Positions 23,580 to 36,500 are shown, counted from the first letter of the whole stretch. The stretch is 53,137 nucleotides of DNA, filler included, from Sphacelaria rigidula (GCA_964200075.2; 3 parts of 3 records of this genome joined end to end with filler, not necessarily neighbours in it), one strand, 5' to 3'. The notes: generated by a model not told the origin, from the sequence alone. A program made the numbers and translations.

Positions 23580-25844
23580 GGAAACGTCATTCCGGAACCA
23601 TGAAGTCCATTTTTTTAGATACAGCGTAGTGCTCGTGGTTCCCTCGTCCTTTTTTAGTCGTGAGCTTTGAACCCCTTCGACTTTTTGATGGAAATATTAC
23701 GGTTATCTCAGGTTTTGGAGGTAGACCTCTCTCTGTGCACTTCAACCTCATCTAATCTGGGTGGAACTAGAGCATGCACCCAGCGAGTAAAACAGGTGTG
23801 ATAACGACTGCGATGCATCCCGTACATGGAGGTCGCAGAGTCTGGTGGAACAAGGGAGATCCAACTTGTCCCAGCTTTGGTGTTTTATAACCTGGAGTAC
23901 TATGCCCCCGTGCGTATCGACCGGCATGCATGATGATTTTGTCAAGTACCCCTGCTCTTGGACTGCGTCGCTTCTCAAGCCACTGAGACGCCTGTACTCG
24001 TGCAATCGAACCAGTCATGAGCTTTTATTAAAAATAACTCGATGGTTATGCACAACTCACGTCAATTGAACGCCTGGATGAAGGGTACGCCCTGTTCTCA
24101 ACGGTGGGAATTGGTTTTGGAAATTTCTCATCGACGTTGCCATTCTTGAACGGGAGGCGACAGTTTCATGGGATAGGTAGAAGGGCGGCTTTGGCGCTAT
24201 GTACACTCCTGGCCATATAAGATACCACAGGCATCATGTGGAGGTTGTTACGCTTCCTGCAGGGCGCGATACTGTGCAGGCAACCTTCAGGTCCCCGCAG
24301 GATGCTTGTGCGGGTGGCTCGCACAGGATGTCAGCTACGTGAGATTGAGGTATTTCATCAAGCGCGCCTGCTTTGTAGCTCACCTCGTCGTGGGTATATA
24401 TTGCGGGTACTCAACGAACAATACGCTGCAAGGGCACACAATACGGTATAACCGTACTAGGAGTGTTCTTCGCGATGAGGTTCCGAATCATACCTACACC
24501 CGAACAACTTTACCGAGCGACCCCGTAGATTGGAATTTCGGGCTGGTGGTGACTACGAGTACCGCTCTCATCTCAGCATAGAGGGATGTTGTTGATGATG
24601 GTCACCACGCTTGTGGGCAGGAGCTCGACGCGATTGGACAGGCGGAGGGGTGTTACGAATAATAATCTCCGCCGGAAACGAGACTGGGGTTATTTTAGTG
24701 ACCACCGCCATGCCGACATATTTAATTGTCATCAAAGTATAAATTCGATTTCCTTCCAGGAAAAAAAACACAAACATGATGTCCAAACCAGCAAAACAAA
24801 ATAGAACAACAGAGATGACGGAACATCGTAAAACCATTGAAATGGCTTCATGTGTTACGCAAGTTCATTTTGATACAAATTTCGAGTAGTTCTATAAAGG
24901 AAATCGTCAATAAAATAAAGTGTCCACATTATTCAACAACTTGAGTGATGAACCGTTCAATATATGTATATATATATTTCGAAAAATCATGAGTAATACA
25001 GAGTATATTTCAGGGTAAAATAAATTCATAGTCGTTTTTGAACTCAAGTGAATTTAATTGGCAGCATTATTTTCAAAATAGTTCGACAGTAATTTATATT
25101 CCTGGAATTGTACGTTATTTACTTTGTTTCTATACTCGTCTATTTTCTCGCAACATTTTTACTCGAGCAATAACTGCCGTAGTTTATCTTCACCTCATCC
25201 TACCAATCCGACAGTTTCCCAACCTTCTAATATTCCTCGATCAACCACTCTCATGCGCAGGGCCTCGACGCGATGCGACAGGCGGGTTATTGATCCTCCA
25301 AATGCGAGATTGCAGTTCACGGTGATCACCACCCCCATCCCATGAAAGGGCGATTGCCGATAATTGTAACCACCACGCTCGCGGGCGGGAGACCCGCAAC
25401 GGTCGTAGATGGAAGCTCCACATGATTTAACAGGCTGTGATTTTTCACGAGAGAAATAATTCGTCGGAAGCGGGCTTGCCATCAACAATGACCATTACTC
25501 CCATCCCATGCACATCTACATGCTGAGGCCATTGCACTTCGTACGCCTCAAGTCCTCCTACGCGTTGTGCGAGCCCTTTGTTTCGTAGCAAGAGCAACGT
25601 CATCGGGACACAGGCCGATTGTTGTCGTTTCGACGCTCGCGCTAGAGACCGTGGTCATTCGGTTCCGCGATGTTTCCCCACCCTCTGCAAGCATGGTCAA
25701 CACTTTCTACGATTTTTTCAACAAAACGTCTTCATCAGAGGCAAGAAAGGAGGGGAAATCTGGACATGCGTGAAGCTGAGGTTTTGAAAAATCCGGCAGG
25801 ACAGCGTGGTTGGTAAAACCAGTATCGACAGGTTATTTCCAAAA

Positions 25845-28800
25845 CTAAGCATCTGCCGCAGCTGCCGATGGTACAGTCACAATGTCTTGCACCCACTGCG
25901 GCACAGATCGGAACTTTCGCGTTTCGTTATCCATGCAAAATAGAGCAATCTCGGCGTGCGCTATCAGGGCCCCATCTTGAGTGCACAGCGTCTCGTACAT
26001 TGTCATGACCCTATTTCCCCTAGTCAGTTTCGCTCCCAGGCGAACCTGCAACGTGTCCCCCCGCCTGACCTTCCTGCTGTCTATGCGCAGGTCAGCAATG
26101 TTGGTGACCTGGGAGCAGATGAGAGCACATGAGCAACGAACCAGTCACAAGGGCACAAACATCGAGAGTACGGCGCGTTGCATACAAAGCTCTGGGTCGA
26201 GAATCCTTCGCCTCGGGTGAACAGTCACGCGGAATATGCTTGAAAAATGCGTTGGGTTGGTATATACGCACCCAGGGATCAACACTTGAAGTACGTGACA
26301 ATCGAAGTTGGTACTGGAGGCAACTGAAAGAGACTCTGGGCAGAAAGGCTTCGCACAAACAACTAGGGGGTGGGTATTTTGCCAACGGGTCGGGCATATT
26401 CACTCTCCAACACATGGATGCGCCCGCACGGAAGAGGGAGCTTTTTGTGTTGATTCAGAGAAGCCCTTTCACTGCAGCCCGTTGTGCAATTTCAGGACGC
26501 CTTAGTGATCGGGAGTGCATATTCTTGAGTCCTGTGTATTGACCGTGATTACTGCAAGCTTTGCCATAGGTCCTGTCTTGACCGGACTCGAAAAATCATC
26601 TTGACTGTCTGCTGATTGATTGATTGTCGCACTTAAACTGACCGCCCAGGATCCAGCCGTGGTCACATGGTAGACTTACGCGAGTCAAAACAAAATCGAA
26701 AATCATACGAAGTACGACAAAAAATGTGACGAAAAACCCAAGCCGGTCAGCCTGGTTCATATCGAGAATGTACACACGACGCAAAACATCATTCGCCACG
26801 AGAAATATGCACCATAGCCTCACTGAACCGGAACGTGGCCTTACTGAACCCGGTCACGCTAAACGACTCTTTTCTACTGTACTCTCAGTGGAGTTCACGT
26901 GAGTTGGTCCCCGGAGTCCCTTGTTGAACGTATAAAATACTGGTTTCGGTAGAGACCGTCACATTCGGATGTTTTGGGGTGCGACAGTCTCCAGTGCTCG
27001 CCAGCGTGCGCAGGATGCGTTTTTAGCCACGACGCCGACCTGAGCTCCACCGAACACACACTTTAGCCAGTTCATCATATACGCCAACCTTGACCGAGGC
27101 TTCTGCGAATGCCTTGGGGTGAGGTTAGGATTAGGGTGAGCCTCAGGGTTTTACAATACCCGCATGTTCAACCACGAATATTGGCGACCAACTCGTGTGG
27201 ACACACCCCTGCTCCGCACCGTAGGGGCAGCGTCTGTGAATAATTTGCGGATAGAACATTGTAGTGTAGTCTGTCGCGCAGAAGCCATGCGCGCCCCGCG
27301 CAGTCATCGTGTGCACCGCAAGGGGGTGACAGCAGCTATAAAAGAACGTCTCTCGACACTGATGAAGCGATATGGCGTAATCAAGTAATGATCACAATGT
27401 GCCGCCGTTTCATGTTCCTGCACGAAGCATAAATCACCCAGATGTGGAGGGCACATCTCGGGCCTTCTTCCTGGGGTTCTACAACCCGGGTTCCCTGAGC
27501 AATGTCCCCGAAGGAGTTCCCCATTTATCGGGCAGCTGGCGGTAGCCCACGTGGTTCGCAGGTAGCAGTGGAAAGGAAACCCTGGATCCTAAGCAACCTG
27601 TATGTGCTCAATACTTCAACACATCCACAAACCCAGAGGGTACAGCTATTATAGAGCGCCTGTAGGTTGGCGCCCGCGGTAGGCAGTCTTCCAATGTAGC
27701 AGTTTTGGGAGCATATCGTTGTCATTCTCACGTGAAAAACCTCTGGAAAATCATATCGGATACAGTGCGACTTTTTTATTTTCATGAGGGGGGTGACATT
27801 GCAGCTACCCGTCACAGGGGTTATATCGCGTTCGAAAAATAGGAAGTATATATTTTCGGGTCTCGAAGACCGGAACTCACCACAACGGATACTCCTTCTC
27901 TATGCAATCTAACCAACCCGAGTTCGCCGCTATCCGGATCCCGCCCAAGGCTGAGCGTGCGAATCCTCTCGAAATAATTCAGCACCGCTGTTATCGTAAG
28001 CTCGCCACTGTGGGCATCCAAGTCTCCGTTCCACACGATCACATCCAGCCGCTTGGGTAAGTCGCCGAATGCTGCCGGCAATCGCTGCAACAACGCAGTG
28101 TGTTCTGCTTGCTGTTCATTCGGCGTTGCCGGATTCGCCGGAGGCTGCGCAACTCCAACAGGCAAGGCCCCTACCCCAGGCCACGATATTGTTGCCTCGG
28201 CGCTCACGAAAACGCGGGACGGATCTGTGGCGGTGACTTGGAAAAGCCAGCGGGAGCGGCCGCCGGCCATGTCGCAGGAAACCAGATCGCCCGACACAAT
28301 CACCGTCTCACCTAGAGTGGCCGCCGCTCGGTACTTCATGTCGTGCAGGGCGTGGATATATGGGGCCGGTGTATCCACTCCGAATGTGCGCTCCATGGCC
28401 CGTAGCACATACGTGATGTAGTTTGCGTGGTAGACGATCCCGTACCTGCCATTGTTGTGCATTTGGGTTCATCGAATACAGTACTTCGTTAGCCGGTAGA
28501 AAGGATGCGGAATCTCGAGGTTCGCAGACATCACCGTATTTTTTACAGTAGCTTGATTTGACTGAAGTGATCGATTGCCTCAATTTTTCGTAAGTTGGCA
28601 CACGCTGGCCGTTACAGCGTTTCGGTCTGTCTTCGTCCAGCCAGAAATATGGGCATCGAGTTAACCCTTAGACAGCGGTGCGGGTAGTCCATCTGGATTA
28701 CGCGTACTCTTTTCAACTGAATATTAATGCCGATTCAGCAGGTGACCTGCCCTCGCGGCCAACGGGTTAATGGAAGTATGCGCGACGATGGAATAGCACT

Positions 28801-29475
28801 AACTCAACCAAACAACCAACGCCAAGCAGTGCTGTTTTCAAACACAACATTCAACCTTCGAAACGCCAACAAGGGCGCAAGACAACGGTATCACACGCAA
28901 TGATGGCGCTATCGAGCTCGTCGCGCTCATAGCTATAGAATACAACTCTGACTGAAGTAGTCTTGACTGCACACGCCTGTTGATTTGGTAGCCATGGTGG
29001 CATTGCATGAGCTGCAGGTATCGATTACACTTCGATTGGACTTTGCGGTACAATATATACTGTACTCTGGGGTGGTTGCGCCGCTAATTTCACGACTTGA
29101 CAACAGAAAAGGATCGTCAAGCACTCACATATCGGTCATCTCGATAAAAACTGTGCTCTTGCGACGAATCTGCAACCGATGACGACAGTTGATTTGATCC
29201 TGTGTTTCCGACACGTCAAAGCCAGCAGCGAGATCGCTGATGAATCCCGACGCTGCCTTTTCGCCAACGACCGTGACATCCTCGTTGCCTTCTATCGACC
29301 GCAGTGAGGTTGGGGCGGTCTTCTGGCGGAGTACACCCGAAACACTGCTCAGGCGCCCGCCATGCGTGAGAAAAGCGTCACCTATAATCGGGGCATTGAA
29401 CAAGCATAGTACGTGCAGTAGAAATAGCCGATGAGGTAGTGGCGGTTGGTAAGTTTTGCGTCCGCTAGAGCACAT
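25845..29475 (-). CDS. Double-hotdog acyl-thioesterase (4HBT/YbgC-like) with a probable bipartite plastid-targeting presequence, 391 aa
   Basis: Exons 29475-29129 (AT|GTGAG), 28445-27881 (GTG|GTGAGT) and 26108-25845 (TAG) join in frame. The spliced motif EMTDMYGIVYHANY matches the YbgC/4HBT signature. A second hotdog motif reads GDLDAHSG...LNYFERIR. The N-terminus has a hydrophobic stretch, then GDA-F, then an S/R-rich segment. Confidence 0.88.
26613..26690 (-). repeat. Dispersed repeat with an (AATC)n tail (retroposon 3' end); other copies at 2056-2125 (-), 23086-23145 (+) and 33851-33938 (+)
   Basis: Shared core GTGACCACGGCTG..CCTGGG.GGTCAGTT.AAGTGCGACAATCAATC. Confidence 0.75.
28665..28766. 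mobile_element. Small piggyBac-like MITE in thioesterase intron 1
   Basis: TTAA-CCCTTAGACAGCG ... CGCGGCCAACGGG-TTAA. TIR match is 9/13, with TTAA on both sides. Confidence 0.55.
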
Positions 29476-29706
29476 TCGCCTACCGTCTGTACTCTGACCA
29501 CAGCAGATATTGGTACAGCATAGCAGACCTTTAGTACGTAGTTCAAATAGTCATGCCTTATCATTCTCCGAGATTCTCACTGCGGATCTGACTTCAAGGC
29601 AAATGTGGGATGAGAAAATGAACGCATAGAACAGGTTCGTGCTTTTCGTTTGCATCGTACGTGCACTTCTCAGAGAACTGACCCATCGAATGCGCGAACA
29701 GCTACA
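29476..29706. promoter_or_regulatory. Putative bidirectional promoter between the divergent thioesterase and ZC3H3-like genes
   Basis: Start codons at 29475 (-) and 29707 (+) are only 231 bp apart, head-to-head. Confidence 0.6.
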
Positions 29707-32700
29707 ATGGTAGTTTTGAGCTATTATAGTGGAAGAGGTCGAGGCTATCCTTCCGGAAGGGGTCGTGGAATTTCGCCAGCTGCTGGTGTTCCGATGTTCT
29801 CCCGCGGGCGCGGGGGCGGCCGAAATGCGGGCAACAGCAACGCTCGGCGCGGAAGAAGTATGACTTGGACGAACCCGTCCCAACAGGGAGGTGCTGCTGA
29901 TGCTAATGCTCCTAGTGCGACAACTTCCCCCAATCCACCTATAGTGGGGAGCACGCAGACTATTATACCTCGGGGTGCGTCGTTAAGGACGAGAACCGGC
30001 GCAAATTTAGTGTGGAGAAACACCACTGTAGCGGCGGCACCGAGGGAACTAGTTGTGCCGTCGGCGGCCGCGAGCGGAGAATTGGCGCTTGCGACCAGAG
30101 GGAGTCACGAAAGTCGGTGCATGCCACCCTCTGGGAGTGGGCGAGGCTCAAGTTCATCGGCATCGAATATGCCCGCTCGAAGCCCTACAGTACGCACGCA
30201 GACCTCGCAGGCGGACGTGAGCACTTCCAAGGCTGGTAATTTGGTCTGGCGAGGCGGCCCCGCAAACTCCGGTGCAGCTTCAACGTCGCAAGTTGGTATG
30301 AGCGCGTCATCAGCCAAGACCAAAACGCAACTGAACCCATCGGCAGTAGCGTGGGCACCACCGCCGGCATCGATGGTGGTGGCAGCTGGGCCGGTCGCCC
30401 CGGCTACACCAGCTACTGTGGGTACATCAAAAGCAGGAAATCGCGTGTGGACGAACAGGTCAACCCAGAAGAGCGTGAACGTGACGATCGCTAAAAAAAT
30501 ACCAAGCACTAACCGAATTATACCGAAGGGGAACTCAGGCTCCGAGTCCACACCAACGGCAACAGCTACAGATCGCTCCTCTAGTGCTCCTCTACAGCGC
30601 AGTGTAGGCACATCGAAAGCAGGGAATCTTGTATGGACAAAAGCTGGATCAAAACCGACATCGGAGACAGGTAGCCACTCGCAGTCACAACCGAGCGGCG
30701 CAACCTCGACACTATCAGGAGCACGGGCAGAAGCTGCCGCCGCCGTGCGTGACCCCGTGAATGTGCGCTCTCTATCGGGATCTTCTATACCAGGCAGTAG
30801 CAAGCAGCGTGGTTCAAGTAATGTAAACCTCGCCATAACGTCTCGTGTGGTTGGGGCCGCGTCATTATCGGCGACAACTGCCCGCGGGCCATCACCAGCA
30901 GCACCAAGTGCGCGTCCGTTCGAACGGCGTCCACCACGCCCGCCACGCCCGCCGTCCTTCGCCAGTATGGGAGCAGAGTCTTCGAAGACAGGTAATCTGG
31001 TGTGGGTGAATTCAGCGACAACTGGCGGCAGCGGCGGCGCGGCGCCTCGAACCGGAACGGCCAAACCCCGAGTTGTCCCTTCCAGCCACAGAGGCCGCTC
31101 ACCGGCCAGTGTTAGTTCAACCGTTGCTTCCCAATCGGCGGCACGTCGACAACAGACGCTTACTTCGGCAACTGCAAATGCTTCACAGCAGCCAACGGCA
31201 AGGTATTCCGGCTCTGCCCACCGCCAGTTGAAATCAGAATCTCGCGCCGGCGCTCCAGGTGGACGCGCGAGAGCGCCCACGAGCGATTCCTCGAGCAACA
31301 AGACGCGGGCTGCAGGGCAAGTCGCACGGTACTCGGGAGCTCGGACTGGCCGCGGGGGTCAGCTGGTGGCCGGGTGCGGGAGAGGTGCGACGTCGCAGGG
31401 AAGAGGATCAAGCATGGCACGTGGCTACATCAGAAAGGGCGTCGGGCGTGGCCTAGCCTCGTGGGGGAGAGGAATAGGATGGCTGCCTCGCGGCGGCAGA
31501 GGAATGATCCCGTCCCACCATCGCCGTCTATATCCATCCCCCTTTTTTGGCATGAATCTGAGGTATGGTGCAATGGCCCAAGCCCCGTTCGGCTATGGAT
31601 ATCCAGCTATGAATTGGGGGTCCCGATGGGCACCTTGGAGAGGTGACCGAGCCGACTGGAGCAGACGTGACGCGCTGCGCGGTAATCGCTCTTCTCGACC
31701 TCGCAAGAGCAAATTCAAAAACAGGACGCTCATTCGCGTTCGGAGTATGATTCTTCCCCAGTCTGCCTCGGTAGCCCCGTTTGCTATCAACCGCCGGAAA
31801 TCACTGCTTCGCACACGATCTGCGCTGATAATGGCAGCTAAAAAGAAGATTGCAGGCAGCAGCAGCACACCAGAAATGTTCGTTAGGAGTGGCAAGCACG
31901 GCATGGCAATCCGCCGTGTCAACAGTATGGACCTGGCGGCCCGTCGCAGGGCTGCGGCCGCCTCGCTGGCATCGAGGTCTGCCGTAACCGGTGTGAAGCA
32001 CAAAGTGACAGCCACGGGGCCGATTTCGCTGTCAACGACACCAGCCACCGCTGGGGTTACGGTTGCGTCAAGAGAGCGGTCTTTGGTGTCGCATGCTGCG
32101 CGGAAGGGAAAACCCGCAGCTGTGACCCAACCGGCAGCAACTTGTGCTGTGACTCCACGCAAGGCGAAGCTTTTGAAGAAGATACGCGACCGTAGCAATG
32201 TGGCGGGGGTGTCACGTCGAAAGGCCGCTGCGGCGATGGTGGTGGCGGACGCGCGGGCGAAGCGGGCGCGCGTTGTGGGACGTAACATGACCTTGTATCG
32301 AGGAAAGGATGGAGCGGGGCAGGTGACTGTGAGCGGTGTTTCGGACCACAGCACGAGGACCGCGAAAGGATCTCCGCCATTGAAGAAGCAGAAGAGAATA
32401 AAGACGGAGCAATGCCTGTTCTTCTGTAAGTTTGGAAAGTGTTCCAAGTCGGACGAGGAGTGTCGGTTCATCCACGACAAGAGCAAGGTGGCCGTGTGTC
32501 GGGCATTTTTGAAGGGCGAGTGTACCAAGGGAGAGGGCTGCCTCTTGACGCACGCCATCCAGACGGAAAAAATGCCGGTCTGTATCTACTTCGAGAGGGG
32601 CATGTGCTTCACGCCCAACTGCCCCTATCTGCACGTGAAAGTAAGCAAGAAGGCTGCCATATGCCCGAACTTCTTGAAGGTGCGTGTGCGTTCCGTCTTG

Positions 32701-35095
32701 TACGCGAACGTTATATTTTGCCGCGATACGGTTACTTACTTGACTCTTTTTTTTTTGTCTGAACCGAGAGTACGCTGTTGCTGCCGCTTGTGTGGCAGAT
32801 CATTTTTTTGTTTGAGTGATGATCCTTGCGTAAGATTTTGCTTCTTTCGACTGCGGGGTTTTCTCGTGATAGCCCTGGATGCCCCCCCAAAACCAGCCCA
32901 AAAGTGTCACGAAAAAAGTTGCCATACAGCGCCTGATATTTGGACTCAGGCTGCATGAAGCGCCTCACACTGGCAACATTGGCGAGAACGAACCCAAGCG
33001 TGGGAATTCCCAGCTGCTCGTTGTGCTCGGCTTTTCCCATTTCGATTTACGTGAAGGTTTTGCCTCCCAAAACCATGCACTGTTTTTGGGGCGGCTATCG
33101 TAGAAAGTGTCGATGGCTTCCCTCGTAATTTCACAGGTGGGTACTGTTGTCGGTAAAGCATCTCCTGGCTCTTGAGGAAGTGACCGCCGTATGCTCTCCT
33201 ATTCCACTGCACGCCGTTCATGTTTTTCGAATCAATTCTATGCAAAAAATAGGGCTACTGTCCAGATGGCACCGCGTGTAGGCTGAAGCACGAGCTGGGA
33301 GACCATCGCAAGAGGAAGACACGAGACGCGACCGATGAACGCGAGCAGGGCGTGAGAAAAACAAATTTGTCCCCCATTTTTTATGCTCATTTATAAATTG
33401 GAATTTTGTTCTGGACGCGCGTTCTAAATCGCTGAATTGATATATTTTGTTACTTTTCATCTTGAAACCAAGGCGCCTCCTTTCAACAAGCGCCGAGGAT
33501 TAGACGCACGGGAGGTGGGGGGGGAGGCGGGAGCGGGGGTATATATTGTACCCACTGCCCTTTTTTGTGTGTATTTACATATGTGTTCTCTGCTCCCCAG
33601 CTTTCGAGAGTCTCGTTGGCTTCTCCTCGAATCTTTCGGCCAGCAGTGGTCTGTTCGTGAGCGTATGTGCTTTTTTGTGCAAGACCTTTCTCATATGAAG
33701 CCATGTTGCAGGGGCCGATCATTTTTTGTTTTTCCCCTGCTTGGTTTCGTTTTTGTCTCTTATTTTCTCAGTTTTCTCCGCTCGTCTGTTTCACCTGATT
33801 TGTCTTCACTTTTTTTTTCCTTCAGAGCGCTTCCTTTTTTGTCTACCTTGGGGTATGTCTATCTTGTCGATAATGACCACGGCTGAATCATGACCTCTGG
33901 GATCTCAGATGTTGTGCGACGATTAATCAATCAATCAACTGAGTCGTCGTTGGCTGTGGCTTCGCTATGAGTACACCGTGTTATTCGCCCGTTTAAAAGT
34001 AATGGTTTCGGTGGGAAATGTATGTATCATGGTTGACTCATGTGTTTTGCTTGGCATGCCCCCCCCTACTCTCTCACCCTTTCCCCTTGTTCATGTTGTG
34101 CCCGTTGACCCCTCCCCCCCTTCCACACTTTTTTTTTCATGGTAGGGCGAGGAGAGCGGGGGCCCGAGGAGAAGCAGTAACACCACATCCGCTTCTGAGA
34201 CAGGTTCGAGCACCCAACTTGGCGATGGTGCCCCGAAGTGCTGCCCACTGCACAGCAGGCGTCGAATGGGGATGGCAAGGGGGAGTTGGCGGGGAGGCGC
34301 TTCGGGCATTCACTGGCACCCCCTCCTTCCTCAGCAATTCGCGCGAATGTTCGAGGAGGGGTCGAGAGGGTGTCCCGACCCTCCACCACCGCTGCTGACC
34401 TTTTTCTCGCGTCTTGTCTGTTTGTGCCTCTTTGCTTTAGTGCGAGCGGCCATTGGGGTTTGGAAAGTTGATAATCAGAGACGACACTCGTGTGTGGCGT
34501 ACCGGTTGTGGGTGTTGGTTCGTGTTTGCTTTCACACACAGCATGGATGGCGAATCACCAACACTCTTCTCTGCTTTCGCTTCTAACGTGTCTTGCGTTT
34601 TGTTTTGTTTTTTTCTGGCGTCGACAGATCGTTGGGGGTGGCTGTCGTGAGTCATTTCCTTGATTTTTATGGGGAACGAAGGCCCCTTGATGTACTTACC
34701 GTCCGTACCGCGTTGCCCGTTTCCCTCCGCCCCCCCCACGATGCGTGATACGATGCGGCTCTTTGCGGCGCAACAACCGACCGATGATATTGCCAGGCTT
34801 CCCGCAAGCGGAGAAGAGCGCCGCAGGTATTTCAGGTGCCCCTTCGCCAACAAGCATTGTACCGAATGGTGAGCGAGGTAAGTGTAGTGTAGAGCTGAAG
34901 GAGCAATCTTCGGAGATGAGCGGCACTCAGAAGGTTACTGCTGATGACGGCGGCGAAGGCACTCGGAATCAGCCCGGGCCAGTCGCAAGTCCCTCCAGGG
35001 TGGGAAGTAGTGCGGAGGATAAGGGGGTAACGAGTAGGGGAAATGATGACGAGGGGCTAAGGCCGAAACTTCCTTGGAAGCGACGGCGTTTGTAG
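29707..35095 (+). CDS. ZC3H3: ZC3H3-like CCCH zinc-finger protein (four tandem CCCH fingers, long disordered RG-rich N-terminus)
   Basis: Exons 29707-32679 (AAG|GTGCGT) and 33253-33351 (GYCPDGTACRLKH, completing finger 4) are firm. Exons 34146-34203 and 34797-35095 are phase-compatible but less certain. The finger array CLFFCKFGKC..CRFIHDKSKVAVC..H..EKMPVC..CPYLHV.VS.KA.IC..FLKGYCP matches the ZC3H3 family pattern. Confidence 0.88.
32869..33098 (+). mobile_element. MITE family 3, copy 2 (ZC3H3 intron 1)
   Basis: ATAGCC...CCCCAAAA / TTTTGGGGCGGCTAT. Homologous to 7911-8185. Flanks CGTG/CGTA. Confidence 0.75.
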
Positions 35096-35395
35096 AACTT
35101 GTTGTTGAAGATAGGGTCTTGGATCTATTCTCCTGGGTGATGTGGAGTTGACGCGATGGTCCATGTTTCCCCCTCTCCTAAAGGGTGTGGTGGTGGAAAC
35201 GAAGGATGTGGGTCAGTACGTTATGGAGAATGGTCGCCGCCTTGACGAGTTACTTGTTGAGGGTGGCGGGCTGCCTTTTGCATGTTCTGATGGTGCGGTT
35301 CCCCCCCCCCCCCCCCCCGCGCCGGCCGCCTACGCTAAGGACGGCTGTTGCGCTCGGGGGGGGGGCGTGGGGGGGGGGGGTGGGGGGGTGGTTGG

Positions 35396-35495
35396 NNNNN
35401 NNNNNNNNNNNNNNNNNNNNNNNNNNNNNNNNNNNNNNNTTAATTAATTAANNNNNNNNNNNNNNNNNNNNNNNNNNNNNNNNNNNNNNNNNNNN
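35396..35495. other. Assembly gap/linker
   Basis: 44 N + TTAATTAATTAA + 44 N. Confidence 0.98.
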
Positions 35496-36500
35496 CATTC
35501 ATCACGAGTCAACTTAGTGTACTAAAACCAAGTAATTTCCTGACGAATCATTATTTGTCCTAACCGTGAAAGAATCGGAGAGTGTTGCCCTGACTAGGAT
35601 CAAGATAGGAGATAAGAGGTAGGAAGGGGGATCGCACGGGGTGTGCCCAAGCTCTCCTTCCTGTTCCTTCTCTACCTTATTTCTGGATATCCTCTCTCTT
35701 TCTCCTATTCTCAAGTCGTGGTTTCTGACGCGCTCCCGTCTGTTTCATTTGCGGTATCCGTAGCTTTCACTTCAAGCCATGCATGCGACAGACGCCTGCT
35801 GTGTTCTTCTCGTGGGACCCGCGCTACAAGAGCACTACTCAGTTCATCTCAGCCTAGCGTTTTTTTCTTCTCCTTTTTTTTTTCTTCCATTTCTCCTCTC
35901 GTATCTTTTTTTTCAGGTTTGATTGTATTGCCTCTCTCTTCATCTTTATTTCCATCTTGATATTCCATTCTCCCTCCTCGACTTTTGTTCAAGGGGTGTT
36001 TCTCTTGATTTTTGTCCTTTATTCGCCTTGTTAACGGGTAGTCAGTACCCTACGTCGGCCGGGTAACCACGACTGTGTTTTGTTTATCGGAGCGGAGTAC
36101 TTCATGTGTGGCAGTGTTAACATAATCCAAATGTAATGCGCGGAGATCAAATCAAATCAAATCCAACATGGAAGCAAAACCACCTATGGGGCGACGCCTA
36201 CCAGCTCGCCTCAACCTATTATACTGTACCTGCTAACGTCCTGCCAGTGTGTCCGCGTGTTTCCAACAAAATGCACTCCACTCCACTACAGCGCCACTCG
36301 TCACTCGCCAGCGCCAGCCTTCATACTAGTCATCCTAGTCACACCGGTAGCCACATCGTGGTACCGTAATACAACAGCTACAGCTACAACCATTCATCGA
36401 TTCTTGGCCCATGGTCAGTCCACCTCATGCAACGGAAGATATGTTTCTCTAGCAAAAGTTGATGAACTATGACTTTAGGTATGAACATAACCATTTTCAC

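Noticed and set aside
23750-24560. Possible decayed retroelement coding relics (also 19330-19900 and 3750-4100)
   Set aside because: Only vague Cys/His patterns across broken frames; not supportable without a search.
30105-32558. 398-aa and 321-aa minus-strand ORFs
   Set aside because: Antisense shadows of the GC-rich ZC3H3 exon.
32680-32958. C-terminal extension of the 1102-aa ORF (and its TTG start at 29650)
   Set aside because: Read-through into an intron containing a MITE. Finger 4 is completed only by splicing to 33253, and the first ATG is at 29707.
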